From: Chiloscyllium plagiosum | Taxonomy: Eukaryota | Reading direction: 5' to 3' | NCBI RefSeq assembly: GCF_004010195.1 | Contig: NC_057719.1 | Span: 94,355,468-94,419,467 of the forward strand | DNA length: 64,000 nucleotides | Shown: positions 1 through 12,420 of the stretch, piece after piece | Numbering within the stretch: position 1 is the stretch's first letter | Layout: each line of letters begins with the position of its first letter | Program-made: the position numbers and the translations under genes | Notes under the pieces: generated by a model | Databases searched by the model: none | Seen by the model: only the letters and a program-made list of their open reading frames with translations | What the model was told of the DNA's origin: nothing

Positions 1-458
1 AACGGGTGCAGAGGTGGTTTACCAGGATGTTGCCTGGTATGGTAGGAAGATCGTATGAAGAAAGGCTGAGGCAGTTGGGGCTGTTTTCATTGGAGAAAAG
101 AGGGTTTAGGGGTGACTTGATAGAGGTGTACAAGATGATTAGGGGTTTAGATAGGGTTGACCATGAGAACCTTTTTCCACGTATGGAGTCAGCTATTACG
201 AGGGGCATAGCTTTAAATTAAGAGGTGGTAGGTATAGGACAGATGTTAGGGGTAGATTCTTTACTCAGCCCGTCGTGAGTTCATGGAATGCCCTGCCAGT
301 AGCAGTGGTAGACTCTCCCTCTTTATGGGCATTTAAACGGGCATTAGATAGGCATATGGAGGATAGTGGGCTAGTGTAGGTTAGGTGGGCTTGGATTGGC
401 GCAACATCGAGGGCCAAAGGGCCTGTACTGCGCTGTTTTTTCTATGTTCTATGTTCTA
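1..458 (+). mobile_element. CR1-like LINE 3' end (RT C-terminus, 3' UTR, (TTCTATG)n tail)
   Basis: ORF 6..221 FTRMLPGM..YEERLRQLGLFSLEKR..RGDLIEVYK; tail tctatgttctatgttct at about 441-457. Confidence 0.9.
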
Positions 459-459
459 A

Positions 460-1725
460 CCCCACCCCGCCATCCTTCTAAACTCTATCAAGTATAAACC
501 CAGTGTCTTCATTCCTGGGACCAATCTTGTTAGCCTCCTCTGAGTGCTCCAAGGCCAGTACATCCTTCCTAGATATGGGGCCCAAAACTGTGCGGTATTT
601 CAAATGTAGTCTGACCAGAGCCTCATAGATATATCTCTGCTTTTATATTCAAGTCTTCTCAAAATAAATGCCGTCTTTGTATTTGCCTTCCTAAGTACTG
701 AGTCAACCTGCAAGTTCACCTTGAGACAACCCTGAACTAGAACTCCCAAGTCTCTTTTACTTCAGATTTCTGAAATTTCTCCCATTTAGAAAACAGTCCA
801 TTCCCTATTCTTCCTCCCAAAGTGCGTGACCTCACACTTTCCCACATTGTACTCCATCAGCCACTTCTTTGCCAACTCTCCTAACCTGTTGAAATCCTTC
901 TGCAGCCTCCCCACCTTGTCAATGCTGCCTGAACCTCTACCTATCTTTGTATCATCTACAAATTTCGCCAGAATTCCCTCAGTTCCTTCATCTCGATCAT
1001 TAATGTCTAAAGTGAAAAGTTGTGGTTCCAACATTGAGCATTGTGGAACACCACTTGTCACTGGCTGCCATCCTGAGAAGGACCCTTTTATCCCCACTCT
1101 CTGCTTTCTGCCAAACAGCCAAGCTTCTATCCATGCTAGCACCTTGCTTCTGACACCATGGCCCCTTCGCTTAATCAGTAGCCTCCTGTGCAGCACCTTG
1201 TCAAAGGCCTTCTTGAAGTCCAGGTAGATAACATCCATTGGCTCTCCTTTATCTAACCTGCTTGTTACTTCCTTAAAGAATTGTCAGGCATGACCTCCCC
1301 TTGATGAAACAATGCTGACTTTGCCCTATTTTATGATATACTTCCAAGTGTTCAGAAATCTCATCCTTCACAATGGATTCCAGGATCTTACCCTCGACTG
1401 AGGCTAGGCTAATTGGTCTGTAATTTTCTATCTTTTGCCTTACTCCCTTTTTAAACAGGAGTGTCATGTTAGTGATTTTTCAGTCTTCTGGGACTCCTCT
1501 TGATTCTAGTGATTCCTGAAAGATCACCACTAATTCTTCCACTACCTCTTCAGCTATCTCCCTTAGAACTCTGAGATGTAGTCCATCTGGTTCAGGTGAT
1601 TTATCCACCTTCTGGCCATTCAGTTTTTCTGGCACCTTCTCCATGTGATGGCTACCATACTCAGCTCTGCCCACTCACTGTCTTGAATTTTTGGGATATT
1701 ACTCGTGTCTTCCACTGTGAAGACT
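460..1725 (-). mobile_element. CR1-like LINE, decayed RT region
   Basis: ORFs 786..1238, 1273..1467 and 1480..1674 contain YLDFKKAFDKV, SGVPQ, FVDDTK, NYRPISL and KSPEPDG. Confidence 0.9.
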
Positions 1726-3562
1726 GACTAGTAATTGGTTGACTGGTGAAGGATGTATAAAATAGTGATGACTGACCATTATCTGCTAAGCTTTGTATAA
1801 ACTGAAAATTGTAATTTTAATTTTAAACCTGATGAATGAAAGTTGAAATGCTTTGCTAAAATGTGTCTGTTGTCCAGCAGTATTGAATAATTTGTTTTGA
1901 TGCCCCCAGAAGCTTTTTTAGGCTCTGACCCAAGCAATCTGTCTGCATTCCCTTTTCCGCACATTTTATAATCTTTACAGAAGCACAGGTCTTAAACAAA
2001 TTAGCCTTCTTCTGAAGCTGTATTAAAGTTCTAAACTATGTCCATGCTTCATTACTTTTTAAGTGTTGGCATGATGAATATATTTTTGTATAATTGTTTC
2101 CAACGCTAACAAAAATATTTAGAAGTGTGATGGACAAGTGTGATTTGAAACATTTACATTGCAAATACTAGTGAACTTCCATGTTTTCTATGTGATTCAA
2201 GAAACAGAGATTTGTTACTGAAGCTTTTGTCCTGTATCTACAAGGATAAAACTGGAATGTCAAATTTCAAATGATGACAACAATTATTTAATAGAGAAGA
2301 GGAGGCTGATTGGCTTGCAAATCAACTCGAATTGTTGCTGTAGGGAAAGCACCAAATGAGTATAAACTGTCAAAGTTCTTTCATATTTCAAAGAAGTACC
2401 AGACTCGAATGTACTCTTTTTGTTTACAGAGAATGAGTACCTGAGCTTGCATGCATCTTGAACTTTTAAATAAGTAACATTACCAACTTAACTGATTACC
2501 TTTAATCTGCTGTTATTGTTGTTATTAGTGCACTCGAACTTGTTCAGCAGTGCCGTGCAGCTGAAAGATCATATCTGACAGTAGATGTTTTGAGTATTGA
2601 TGATAAGAGATACATTTTGTTGAAGATTTCTATTCACACATTTATCTGACAAATTTGTATGAAATACCAGTTTAAAGGAGAGCCAATCTTTTTATGTCGT
2701 ATAGGAAATGGGACCTAACTGCTTGGCAATTGGATATTAATTGATGGAGATGTTGTTAAGGAGAATGCACCAACTAGATGGTGCTTGACAGTCCTCTTGG
2801 CTATTTGCAACAAACAGTATCCACCCAGCCTGTGCTGGAGAAACTTAAAAAGTGTCCAATATTAGATACAATTCCACAATTTGATGACGTGCTAAATAAT
2901 TTTGAATGTGTGAAGAAATATGCAGAATATATTTAAGATGATCAATCAGGCTTGCAATGTGCACTTGTATGTACTGGAAGCTGTATAAATTGACCTGCAG
3001 GGTGTTATTCCTTACATATAGTAACAGCACATAGACAAATTGCACCGATTCCAACTCAAGTAATAGGTGACAGTTATTCTTTGGCTTATTAATGAAGGTA
3101 TTGTCTGAGAGATCAGAATCAACCTGCTTGGTTTAAAATTTGAAACAAGGTTTGGCAGTTAACTGTCAGTTGCTCAACCAGGGAAAATACCACTCATTTA
3201 ACATTGTAATGGTGTAAAATGATTAGCTTAACCTTTTTTTTTGCAATATTTTGGCTTTCCCAGCTAATGTGAAATAATGTGGGCACTTTTCAGATCCAGC
3301 AATGATAGCTCCTAGTCCATTTGCAAACTTGTGTGATACAGTGAACAATCCAATCAGGGTATGCATTGTCAATAGGATAGTGTTGAATTCTATTTCTGTG
3401 TAAAACCTGTACACTGTTTATTGTTCATTATGCCATTGAATCCCCCACAACCAAACTCACGTCAGTTGCCATTCACTAGAAAATAACTGGAAGGGCTGTT
3501 TTCAATAGAGTGGCTGGCTGCAAGTGCAGGTTATTATAGAAGGCAATGGAAAGGTTAATATT

Positions 3563-4244
3563 TGTGACAATACAGCTCCTTCAACGAGCCTATGTTGTCC
3601 TTGGCTTCTTTTTCAGAGAGGTTGTAAAAGCAGCGATTCCGAAAATCTAGATTTGAAGGGTTTTAGGATCAGTCTGATTAGAGCTAACAGATACTGCTTC
3701 AGGAAAAAGGTTTTCAAGTTTGTAAAAAAAAAAAACCTGTACAATGAAAGGGAAATGGCCAGTTCTCCCAGGTCAGCTTTTCTTTGACTTGGTTTGGTTT
3801 GGTTTGGTTTTTAACAGTCTGGCTGTTCGCTGAAAGCCGACAGTCAGGAGGCTGTTGGTTCAAGAAACAGCTCCATGGAAGAATTTATTCCATGCTGAAT
3901 ATCTCTGTTATCTCTCTCTCCTGTAAGACCCTGTGATTGATTTACCTTTTGTGCTAACAAGTGTTTATGGGGATTATTGCAGGAATTTGGGATTAAGTTG
4001 GAATAGTCTGTTGGGTATTTGGATAGGTTGTTATTCTATATTCTGAACTCTTTGTTTGTCATGATTTAGAGTGTTTCATCTGGCAATATTGCAAATAAAT
4101 TCTATTTTGTTTAAAACTAAGTGGTTTGGCCAGCTACATCACTTCTGGAATATTCACTGTACACCTGCTGAAAACAATGAGCAAAGTTAGGGTCTGGGCT
4201 ACTTTCTTGAAATGTTTTGAGGCGGTCTGGCCTGATCCATAACA
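3563..4244 (+). mobile_element. 5' LTR of a Gmr1-like Ty3/Gypsy element (start approximate)
   Basis: Ends CATAACA at 4244, followed directly by a primer-binding site and gag; AATAAA near 4096; TG start chosen by eye. Confidence 0.6.
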
Positions 4245-4247
4245 AAC

Positions 4248-4269
4248 TAGGGGCTCTTTGCGGGATTTG
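4248..4269 (+). promoter_or_regulatory. tRNA-Pro-type primer-binding site
   Basis: TAGGGGCTCTTTGCGGGATTTG resembles TGGGGGCTCGTCCGGGATTTG, the complement of the tRNA-Pro 3' end. Confidence 0.7.
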
Positions 4270-6105
4270 TTCTGTAGTTCCAATTGGGATTAGGATTGCT
4301 GGCCTCGAAGGTAACGAGTGGTAGGTATTAGTGTCTGTTGTTCCAGGTGTTGAATTCGATCGGTTTAAACAGTGCTTGGGATAGCAATGGCTCTTTCAGT
4401 CACCCGATATTTCTGGGGGTGGAAGAATTGACCTTGGGGGTTTTTTAAAAGGTGATTAAGGCCAAGCTGTTGGAATTAGCAGACAAGCTGGAGTTGGAGC
4501 TGCCTCCTTCCGTGACGATAGGAGAGATAATTACAGCAATAGCTCAACATTTAAATTTGCTGGAAACTCCGTCAGAATCTTTAGAGATGGCTAAAATTCA
4601 ATTGAAAATGAAGCAGCTTGAGTTAGGGGCAAAGACAAGGAAAGGGCAACAGAAATGAAACAGTTTGATTTTCGATTAAAAGCAGAGGAAAGAGTAAAAG
4701 AACAAATCACTTTAGCAGAACAAAGAGAGGGAAAAGAGAGAAAAGGAGAGAGAGAAAGGAAGAAAGCGAGGGAGTCTGAACTTCAGACTTAGATAGCAAG
4801 GTAAGCTTCAAAGGATGGAGATGAAAGCTGAAGATAAGTTAGCGAGGAAGAGAGTTAGGATGAGCAAATCTATGGTAGCCAAAGGGCTGGTGAGAAACGA
4901 TTTAAATATATTCAAGCATTGCCTAAATTTGATGAGAAGGATGTGGAAGCCTTTTTCATCTCAATTGAAATGGTGGCTAAACAAATGCAGTGGCCAGTGA
5001 CCTTGTGGGTTTTACTGATCCAAACAAAACTTGTAGATAGAGCTCGTGAGGTATTCACATCACTGTCAGAGGAGGATCTGGGGTGTGTGAGAAGGTGAAG
5101 AAATCCATTTAAGTGCGTATGAGCTTGTGCCAGAAGCTACAGACAGTGTTTCAAGAATCTAAGGAGGGACCCTGGTCAAACCTACATTGAGGTTGAAAGG
5201 ATCAAACCAAGTAATTTTGATAGGTGGGTAAGGGCATAAAAATAGAGCAAATCTATGACACTCTTAGACGATTATTGGGAGGAGTTCAAAAATTCACTTC
5301 CAGAAATAGTCAAAACTCATGTAGAAAAGCAGAAAGTTAAAACGGTAAGATTAGCAGCTGAAATGACTGATGATTGAGTTGGTCCATAAATCTGTAAAGG
5401 ATAGAAATTGGGGTAAAGAGAAATCCTCACGTGCAAAGGGAAAGATAGATCTCAGTGAAGATCATCAGGATAACTTACCACAGGGTAAAAAGGAAACGCT
5501 TGAAGGGGACACAGAAATTAGAAAGCTCTGGTGTTTTCACTGCAATAAAGTAGGTCACATGAAATCACAGTGTTGATGGGTTACGAAAAGCACTGGGAAG
5601 CCAGATGTAGGAAAACAGGATAAGACTGAATTTTGTTGGAGTGGCCATGGAAAGCACAGTGGAGGCTAGAAAGCTGCACCAGATTGTACAAGCTGGTCAG
5701 AGGTTGGTTAAGGAGGGAGTGCCAGATCATCATAAGCCGTATAACCGCAAAGATAAAATTTACTCACATAGGCCAGGAGCAGCAGGTAAGGAAATTACAA
5801 AAGCAAGAGATACAGGATCCTCTCAATGTGTGTTATTGAAAGATGAGGACGCTTACATCTTAAGGACTATTTCCACAAAAAGTACTAGTAACGGGAATTC
5901 ATGGTGAGCCGTGAAATGCTCAATTATGTAAAGTGAGGTAAGAGTGTTGAGTGAAGAGTGGAGAAGTCGTGATACAAGTAATCAACAAACTCCCAACTCC
6001 AGGAATACAATGTTTCCTTGCTAACAATATAGTTCGTTCACAGGTAGGAGTGCTGCCTACTATGGTTGAAAAGCAGTGGAAACTCAGACAACTGAACTAT
6101 TTCAG

Positions 6106-6323
6106 AGTTAAAAATCACACAACACCAGGTTATAGTCCAACAGGTTTAATTGGAAGCACACTAGCTTTTGGAGCGACGCTCCTTCATCAGGTGATTGTCA
6201 CCTGATGAAGGAGCGTCACTCCGAAAGCTAGTGTGCTTCCAATTAAACCTGTTGGACTATGACCTGGTGTTATGTGATTTTTAACTTTGTACACCCCAGT
6301 CCAACACCGGCATCTCCGAATCA
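6106..6323. mobile_element. Fold-back Penelope terminal mini-insert, family A, with HHR
   Basis: 89-bp inverted arms 6106-6194 and 6198-6286, 37-nt tail, 12-bp TSD GAACTATTTCAG (6094-6105 and 6324-6335). Confidence 0.92.
6199..6233 (+). ncRNA. Minimal type I hammerhead ribozyme motif (family A)
   Basis: CAC-CTGATGA-A-GGAG(CGTCA)CTCC-GAAA-GC-TA-GTG: intact core, stems I and II, palindromic AGCT stem III. Confidence 0.85.
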
Positions 6324-7057
6324 GAACTATTTCAGGGCACACATCCTGGGATATTTCTTGATTGTGAGGTAACGAGGTCACAAACTCACTATTGAAACAG
6401 GGGAGATCAAACAATGCAGATAAGAAAGTTGAAGTGGAATTATAAGAGAGCCTGTTTGATCAGATGGTGGAGACAAGCCAGGAGCAGATAGATGACAAAG
6501 CAGACATCTTTAGCTCAAATAAATTAACTGAGTTACAGCAGAAAGATGAAAATTTAAAGAGATTGTATCAAAAGGCATACACCAAAAAAAGAATTTGAAT
6601 GTGTCCCTGGAAGTTACTCCCTTAAAAATAAAGTCTGAATGAGGAAATGGAGACCGTCACATCATCAGACAGGTGAGAAATGGGCAGAAGTTCACCAAAT
6701 TGTATTGCCGGTGGGTTATAGAAAGGAGGTGTGGTTAGTGACTCATGGACTGCCACTAAGGGTTCATTTAGGAGTGAGAAAAACTCAAGCTAAAATGCAA
6801 AATAAGTTTTACTCACCCGGACTGCACAAGGATGTAAATTGAATTTTCAAGAAATTTCATTTATGTCAGGTAATTGGAAAACCACAGGCAGTAATAAAAC
6901 TTGTACCTTTTAATACTATTCCTGCAACTGAGGAACCTTTTTCACTAGTCTTAATTGATTTTGTCAGACCTAAAACAAAAAGTGGGAATCAGTATGTGTT
7001 AATAATAATGGGCGGTTCACTTGATTTCCAGAGGCCATTCCATTAGACAATATCATA

Positions 7058-7860
7058 GTTTGGGAGAAGATTTGTAGCTCGGGTGCTCGTTGTTGTTGTT
7101 CTGTTCGCCGAGCTGGGAATTTGTGTTGCAGACGTTTCGTCCCCTGTCTAGGTGACATCCTCAGTGCTTGGGAGCCTCCTGTGAACCGTTTCTGTGATGT
7201 TTCCTCCGGCATTTATAGTGGTTTGAATCTGCCGCTTCCGGTTGTCAGTTCCAGCTGTCCGCTGTAGTGGCCGGTATATTGGGTCCAGGTCGATGTGCTT
7301 ATTGATTGAGTATGTGGATGAGTGCCATGCCTCTCGGAATTCCCTGGCTGTTCTCTCTTTGGCTTGTCCTATAATAGTAGTGTTGTCCCAGTCGAACTCA
7401 TGTTGTTTGTCATCTGAGTGTGTGGCTACTGGTCGTGTGGTTTTGTGGCTTGTGGTGTTCATGGATACGAATCGTTAGCTGTCTTCCTGTTTGTCCTATG
7501 TAGTGTTTTGTGCAGTCCTTGCATGGGATGTTGTACACTACATTGGTTTTGCTCATGCTGGGTATTGGGTCCTTTGTCCTGGTGAGTTGTTGTCTGAGAG
7601 TGGCTGCAGTACACCAGAACTGCAAAAAGAGGATGAAAAACACCTATACAATGTATTCGCCATAAACAGATACCCTCACAATTTCATCAACAGATGCCTA
7701 AGAGAAAGACAACGGAATGAGGACATGCCACAACCCAAAGGACAAGCCACACTATCATACATCAAAAACATTTCTGAACTGACAGCCAGACTTCTGCGAC
7801 CACTAGGACTCATAACAGCACACAAACCAAAAGCCACTCTCAGACAACAACTCACCAGGA
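7058..7860. mobile_element. Penelope-like element (Poseidon-like), 3' part on minus strand with inverted 5' piece
   Basis: GIY-YIG NVVYNIPCKDCTKHYIGQTGR (7410..7643 -), AREFREAWHS; plus-strand piece 7603-7860 overlaps it by a 29-bp inverted repeat. Confidence 0.88.
7128..7167 (-). ncRNA. Minimal hammerhead ribozyme motif (Poseidon-like terminus)
   Basis: Reverse complement GCA-CTGAGGA-T-GTCACC(TAGACA)GGGGAC-GAAA-CG-TC-TGC. Confidence 0.82.
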
Positions 7861-7865
7861 TGATG

Positions 7866-8573
7866 GATATGGTGTGTTGGCTTTCATCAGGGGGGGATTG
7901 AGTTTAAGAGCCGCAAAATTATGCTACAGCTCTATAGAACCCTGGTTAGACCAGACTTGGAATATTGTGGGTCTAGATTAGAGTGGTGCTGGAAAAGCTC
8001 AGCAGGTCAGACAGCATCCGAGGAGCAGGAAAATCGACATTTTGGGCAAAAGCCCTTCGTCAGGAATGAATATTGTGTTCAGTTGTAGTTGCCTCATTAT
8101 TGGAAGGATGTGGAAGCTTTTGAGAGGATGCAAAAAAGATTTACCAGGATGCTGCCTGGACTGGAGGGCAAAAAAGGCTGAGGGAGTTAAGGCTTTTTTC
8201 ATTGGAATGAAGAAAGATGAAAAGTGGCTTGATAGAGGTGTACAAGATGATCAGAGGCATAGATAGGGTGAATAGTCAGACATTTTCCCAGAGCAGAAAT
8301 GGCTATCATGAGGGGACATAATTTTATGGTGATTGGAAGAAGGTTTAGGGGAGATGTCAGAGGTAGGTTCTTTACACAGAGAGTGGAATGCACTGCCAGT
8401 GGTGATAGTAGAGTTAGATACATTAAGGACATTTAAACAACTCTTGGATAGGCACATGGATAATAGTACAATGAAGGGTATGTAGGTTAGTTTGATCTTA
8501 GAGTAAGATAAAAGGTTGGCACAACATCGAGGGCTGAAGGGCCTGTCCTATGCAGTACTGTTCTATGTTCGAT
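7866..8573 (+). mobile_element. CR1-like LINE 3' fragment
   Basis: LYRTLVRPDLEYC, FTRMLPGLEG, 3' UTR gaagggcctgt...ttctatg. Confidence 0.85.
7970..8067 (-). mobile_element. Family-B Penelope terminal mini-insert with HHR
   Basis: 98 bp; 10-bp TSD GAATATTGTG (7960-7969 and 8068-8077); minus strand starts ATTCCTGACGAAGGGC. Confidence 0.88.
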
Positions 8574-8685
8574 GTAAGACTGTACAACTTGTACATGCAA
8601 TAAATCCCACATTGTTTAGGAGAATGCCTGTTCTCACTTAGACTTATTAGTGGTCATCCTTTAACACTGTTAACCAAGTCAGTTG

Positions 8686-10398
8686 TCACACAACACCATG
8701 TTTTGGTTCAACAGGTTTATTTGAAATCACAAGCTTTCAGAATGTTGGACTTTCGTCAGGTGAAGTGATACTTCATTTGACGAAGGAGCAGTGCTCTGAA
8801 ATAAACCTGTTGGACTATAGCCTTGATTTGGAGATGCCAGTGTTGGACTGGGGTGTACAAAGTTTAAAATTGCACAACACCAGGTTATAGTCCAACAGAT
8901 TTATTTGGAAGCACTAGCTTTTGGAGCGCTGCTCCTTCATCAGGTGGTTGTGAAGTATAAGCTCATTCGACACAGATTTATAGCAAAAGTTTACAGTGTG
9001 ATGTAACTGAAATTATATTTTGAAAAAGATCTGGATTGTTTGTTAAGTCTCTCATTTTTTAGAATGACCATGTTGGTTTCGGCTCTTTCATATGTAAATC
9101 CCAGAAGCTTTTTAAAGTTACATTCTCAAGTGAACTTTAACAATAGGTACCATGTCAGCCCAGATAATGAATTGAAGGTGTGAGTTGCCCTGTGTGAGGC
9201 TGACTGTGCCCCAGTGTTCAGACTGATTCTAATCTAATAAAGGGATTTACAGAATGTTATATGGATTCATGCAATTTAAGAGCAAAGTGAAATGTAATTC
9301 TGCAAGTACAAATTTACTTCACAAACCTATATGTGTGTGAGTGTATGTGGATGTTTGTGAGAGGGTGTGTGTCTGTGTGTGAGCGAGAGTGTAAAAGGGT
9401 ATAAGTCCTTGAGAGGGTGCATGTATGGGTACGAGTGTGGAAGTGTATGTGTGAGCATATGAGAGAGAGCTTATTTATGAGAGAGGGTCTGCATGAGTGT
9501 TTGGGTCTGTAGGAGTGTATGTGCGCGCGCGCTCGCAGTGCAGTGGGGTCATCTGGAGTGTGACATGAACCCAAGGTGCCGGTTGAGGCCATCCCCATGG
9601 GGACTGAACTTGGCTATCAGCCTCTGCTCAGCCATTTTGCGTTGTTGCCTGTCCCGTGGTCCGCCTTGGAGAATGGTCACCTGAAGGTCAGAGGTCGAAT
9701 GTCCTGGACCACTGAAATGTTCGCCAACTGGGAAGGAACGGTCCTGTCTGTTGATTGTTGTGCAATGTCCATTCATCCGTATCCATAGCTTGTGCTTGGT
9801 TTCACTAATGTACCATGTCTCAGGGTATGAGAAAGCCGACGTTGGACAAATCACATGTGTACCTCCGTGTCCATGGTGGGAGGTGTCCCCACATATAATG
9901 ATGGTATCCGTGTCCACACTCTGACACGTCTTGAAGCATCTGCTCTGACAAGGTTGTATTGTGTTGTCCTGAAAGCCAGGCAGTTTGCTGCAAACAGTGA
10001 TGATCTGTTTGAGGTTTGGTAGTTGTTTAAAGGTGAGAAGTGGAGTTGTGGGGAAGGTCTGGGCGAGGTGCTCATCCTCATTGATAATGTGCTGTAGGTT
10101 GCGAAGAACACGGCGTAGTTTTTTGGGCTCCCAGGAAGTACTGGACAATGAAGCGTATCCTGTCAATTACAGTTCGTGTCTGTCTCCTGAGGAGGTCATT
10201 CTGGTTTCTCGCTGTGGCACGTCGGAAACTGGCAGTTGATGAGTTAAGCATCATACCCCATTCTTATGAGGGCATTCTTGAGTACTTCCAATGGCCCGTC
10301 ACGTTCCTCTTCATCTGAACAAATCCTGTGTCTATAGCCTGGGTCAGAAGTTGTGTAACTTCTGACTTTGTCCATTCCAGTCCGACACCTCCGCATCA
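8686..10398. mobile_element. Older family-A fold-back insert, split by a younger Penelope
   Basis: Arms meet at tgaagt-gat-acttca (about 8768); right arm stops at 8823 and resumes at 10341. Confidence 0.7.
8824..10331 (-). mobile_element. Penelope-like element (Neptune-like, family A), 5'-truncated
   Basis: ORF 9549..10166 with Cys-rich linker PCQSRCFKTC, WYISET, RMNGH, PVGEHF, AEQRLIAKF..GLNR; (GT)n tract; terminal repeat with decayed HHR; 9-bp TSD CTATAGCCT (8815-8823 and 10332-10340). Confidence 0.9.
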
Positions 10399-10444
10399 CA
10401 GTTCATCAAATGGGCCCATGACCCTGTAAGATAGGAAAATTAAT

Positions 10445-10800
10445 TAAGACCACAAGACAATGGAGCAGAAATTAGGCCATTCAACCTATCAAGTCTGCTC
10501 TGCCATTCAATCATGGCTGATAATTTCGTCGACCCCATTCTCCTGCATTCTCCCTGTTGAAGGAGCTTGACAGTCAATAACATTTCTATCTCTGTCTTAA
10601 ATATACTTAATGATCTGGCCTCCGCAGCCTTCTGTGGTAGTGAATTCCATAGATTCACCACTCTCTGACTGAAGAAGTTTCTCCTTATCTCCATTCTAAA
10701 AGGTCTTCCTTTTACTCTAAGGCTGTTGCCTCGGGTCCTAGTCTCTCCTATCAATGGAAACATCTTCTCAAATCCACTCTATCCAGGCTATTCAGCATTC
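10445..10800 (-). mobile_element. CR1-like LINE 3' end
   Basis: ORF 10440..10763 TRGNSLRVKGRPFRMEIRRNFFSQRVVNLWNSLP. Confidence 0.88.
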
Positions 10801-11099
10801 TTGTGCTAAATCTATTGTGAAAGTGGGGGAGATGATGTTTCCCCAACCACAATTTAGTGGTTGGTTCTATGCAGAGGAGTTTTGCTTCTGGGAACTGTTG
10901 GTACAGAAGATTGCATGTAGGAGAGATGTTTCTGTTTCCAAATAACAGTCTTCAGTTGTTGGGCACACCCTGTTTGATTTAAGACCCTTGGCAGTTGTTA
11001 CTTGCAGGCTATTTGGGTGCAAGACTGGCCCGGTCACAAGACAACACTGCCTGCTGCTGGTTGAAGACGAGGCAGACTGGTCGACTGTTTACTGATACA

Positions 11100-12420
11100 G
11101 GAGAGAGAAGTCTGAAAGAAAACCTTGGAGACTTAGTTTTGCTAGAAAGGAATGACAACCAAGGAATGTTGCAGTTTTGCAATTCTTGCTATTGTTGTTG
11201 CCTATTGGAGGAGGGGAAGGACAAGTACATAGGAAAAATTACTCATCCTCCAAAACTGTGTACTCCACTGAGGGGGCCATTGGCAGGCAATGCCACATCA
11301 TGCCAGCACGCAACCCCACACCCTCGCCAATCAATCTGAGACCTTGCGAAGGGAATCTACACTGGCAAACACTATTACCACCATCGCTGGTGAGACGGAG
11401 GGGGAGAAATTGCACAGAAGAAAAGTGTGGAAGAAGGCAGAACATTTAGAGGTGGCATCCCAAGAACTGCCCCTAAGCTTGATGTATTTTTGTCAGGACG
11501 CAAGCATGATGGGTCATCACTTGGCCAAGATCTGTCAAGTCCTTGCATTTTGTGATCCCCATCCATGACCAGTTGTGTCAGTTTGGGGGTCAAAAGCATG
11601 GAGGGGTGATTAGGAGGCCTCTGGAACAATAACCTTAAACAGAAGAAGCATCACTCCTCCGCCCCTTCAGGCAGAGAAGGACAATCATTGCTCGTCATTC
11701 ACCCTGTTGCCCCCCCCCCCCAACTGCAGTTCCTTCAACGGTGTTAAACATCTCTGAGGCTGAGCTGCATTGGCCTATGTTACTGCACTCACTGATGGCC
11801 AACTTGATATCCAGTTTTGCCTAACCTGGCATAGGATTGTGGTGCCAACACCCCACTGCTGAGTCTGTGGATACTGAGGTGGATGCGAAAGGCCCCCTCA
11901 CTCTTGCCAGGATTTTATGTCAGACAATTCAGGCACTTGTGATTCTTTTCTTGGGTAGCCGGGTGATCTGGTGCTGGGAGTGGAGCAGAATCCTATTCAG
12001 CTATCATTACATAATTTAGGAGATTCCGCAGAGGATTCTGTCTTGTTTATCCTGGACGGTGGGGTATGGGGTGGGGCAATTCTAACCACTGATTCTGGAC
12101 CACTTACTCAGTGTGGGGGAGGAGTCAGACTCCAGAGGCATCCCCTTGGCGGAGACCATGGTCTCAGTCACAAGCACCTATTATATTGAAGGGTTGGTGG
12201 GTGACCTGGTGCTCCTAGATGAGGTTTACTTCTTCACCTCTGGAAGACTCCAAACATTTTTACAGCTTAAGCTTGGTTGCCTAGACAGTGTCAGGTTAGA
12301 GTGGACAAGTAAGAATTCCTTTCATTTCTGTTGGCCTGGAGGCTAAAAGCAGTCCCAGGAGTAGAGAGAAAAGTGAAGTAACTGTGGTCAGGTTTCCTTT
12401 GTAGCATAATTTAAGGAGTT
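11100..12420 (+). mobile_element. Possible highly decayed L1/Tx1-like ORF1 region
   Basis: Remnant peptides GIYTGKHYY, a knuckle-like GHHLAKIC and LQTFLQLKLGCLDSVRLEW; no intact domain. Confidence 0.3.

Larger units (their letters stand above)
4387..7057 (+). mobile_element. Decayed Gmr1-like gag-protease-integrase (RT and RNase H absent)
   Basis: Gag LPKFDEKDVEAFF, YELVPEA, EEFKNSLP; zinc knuckle CFHCNKVGHMKSQC; protease RDTGSSQ; integrase QIVLPVGYRKEV..HLGVRKT, EEPFSLVLIDFV, FPEAIPL; many stops and frameshifts. Confidence 0.85.

Noticed and set aside
6106..6323. MITE or DNA transposon, or miRNA precursor, interpretation of the hairpins
   Set aside because: Asymmetric tail, variable 10-15 bp TSDs and identity with Penelope termini favour retrotransposition; no expression data for a miRNA call
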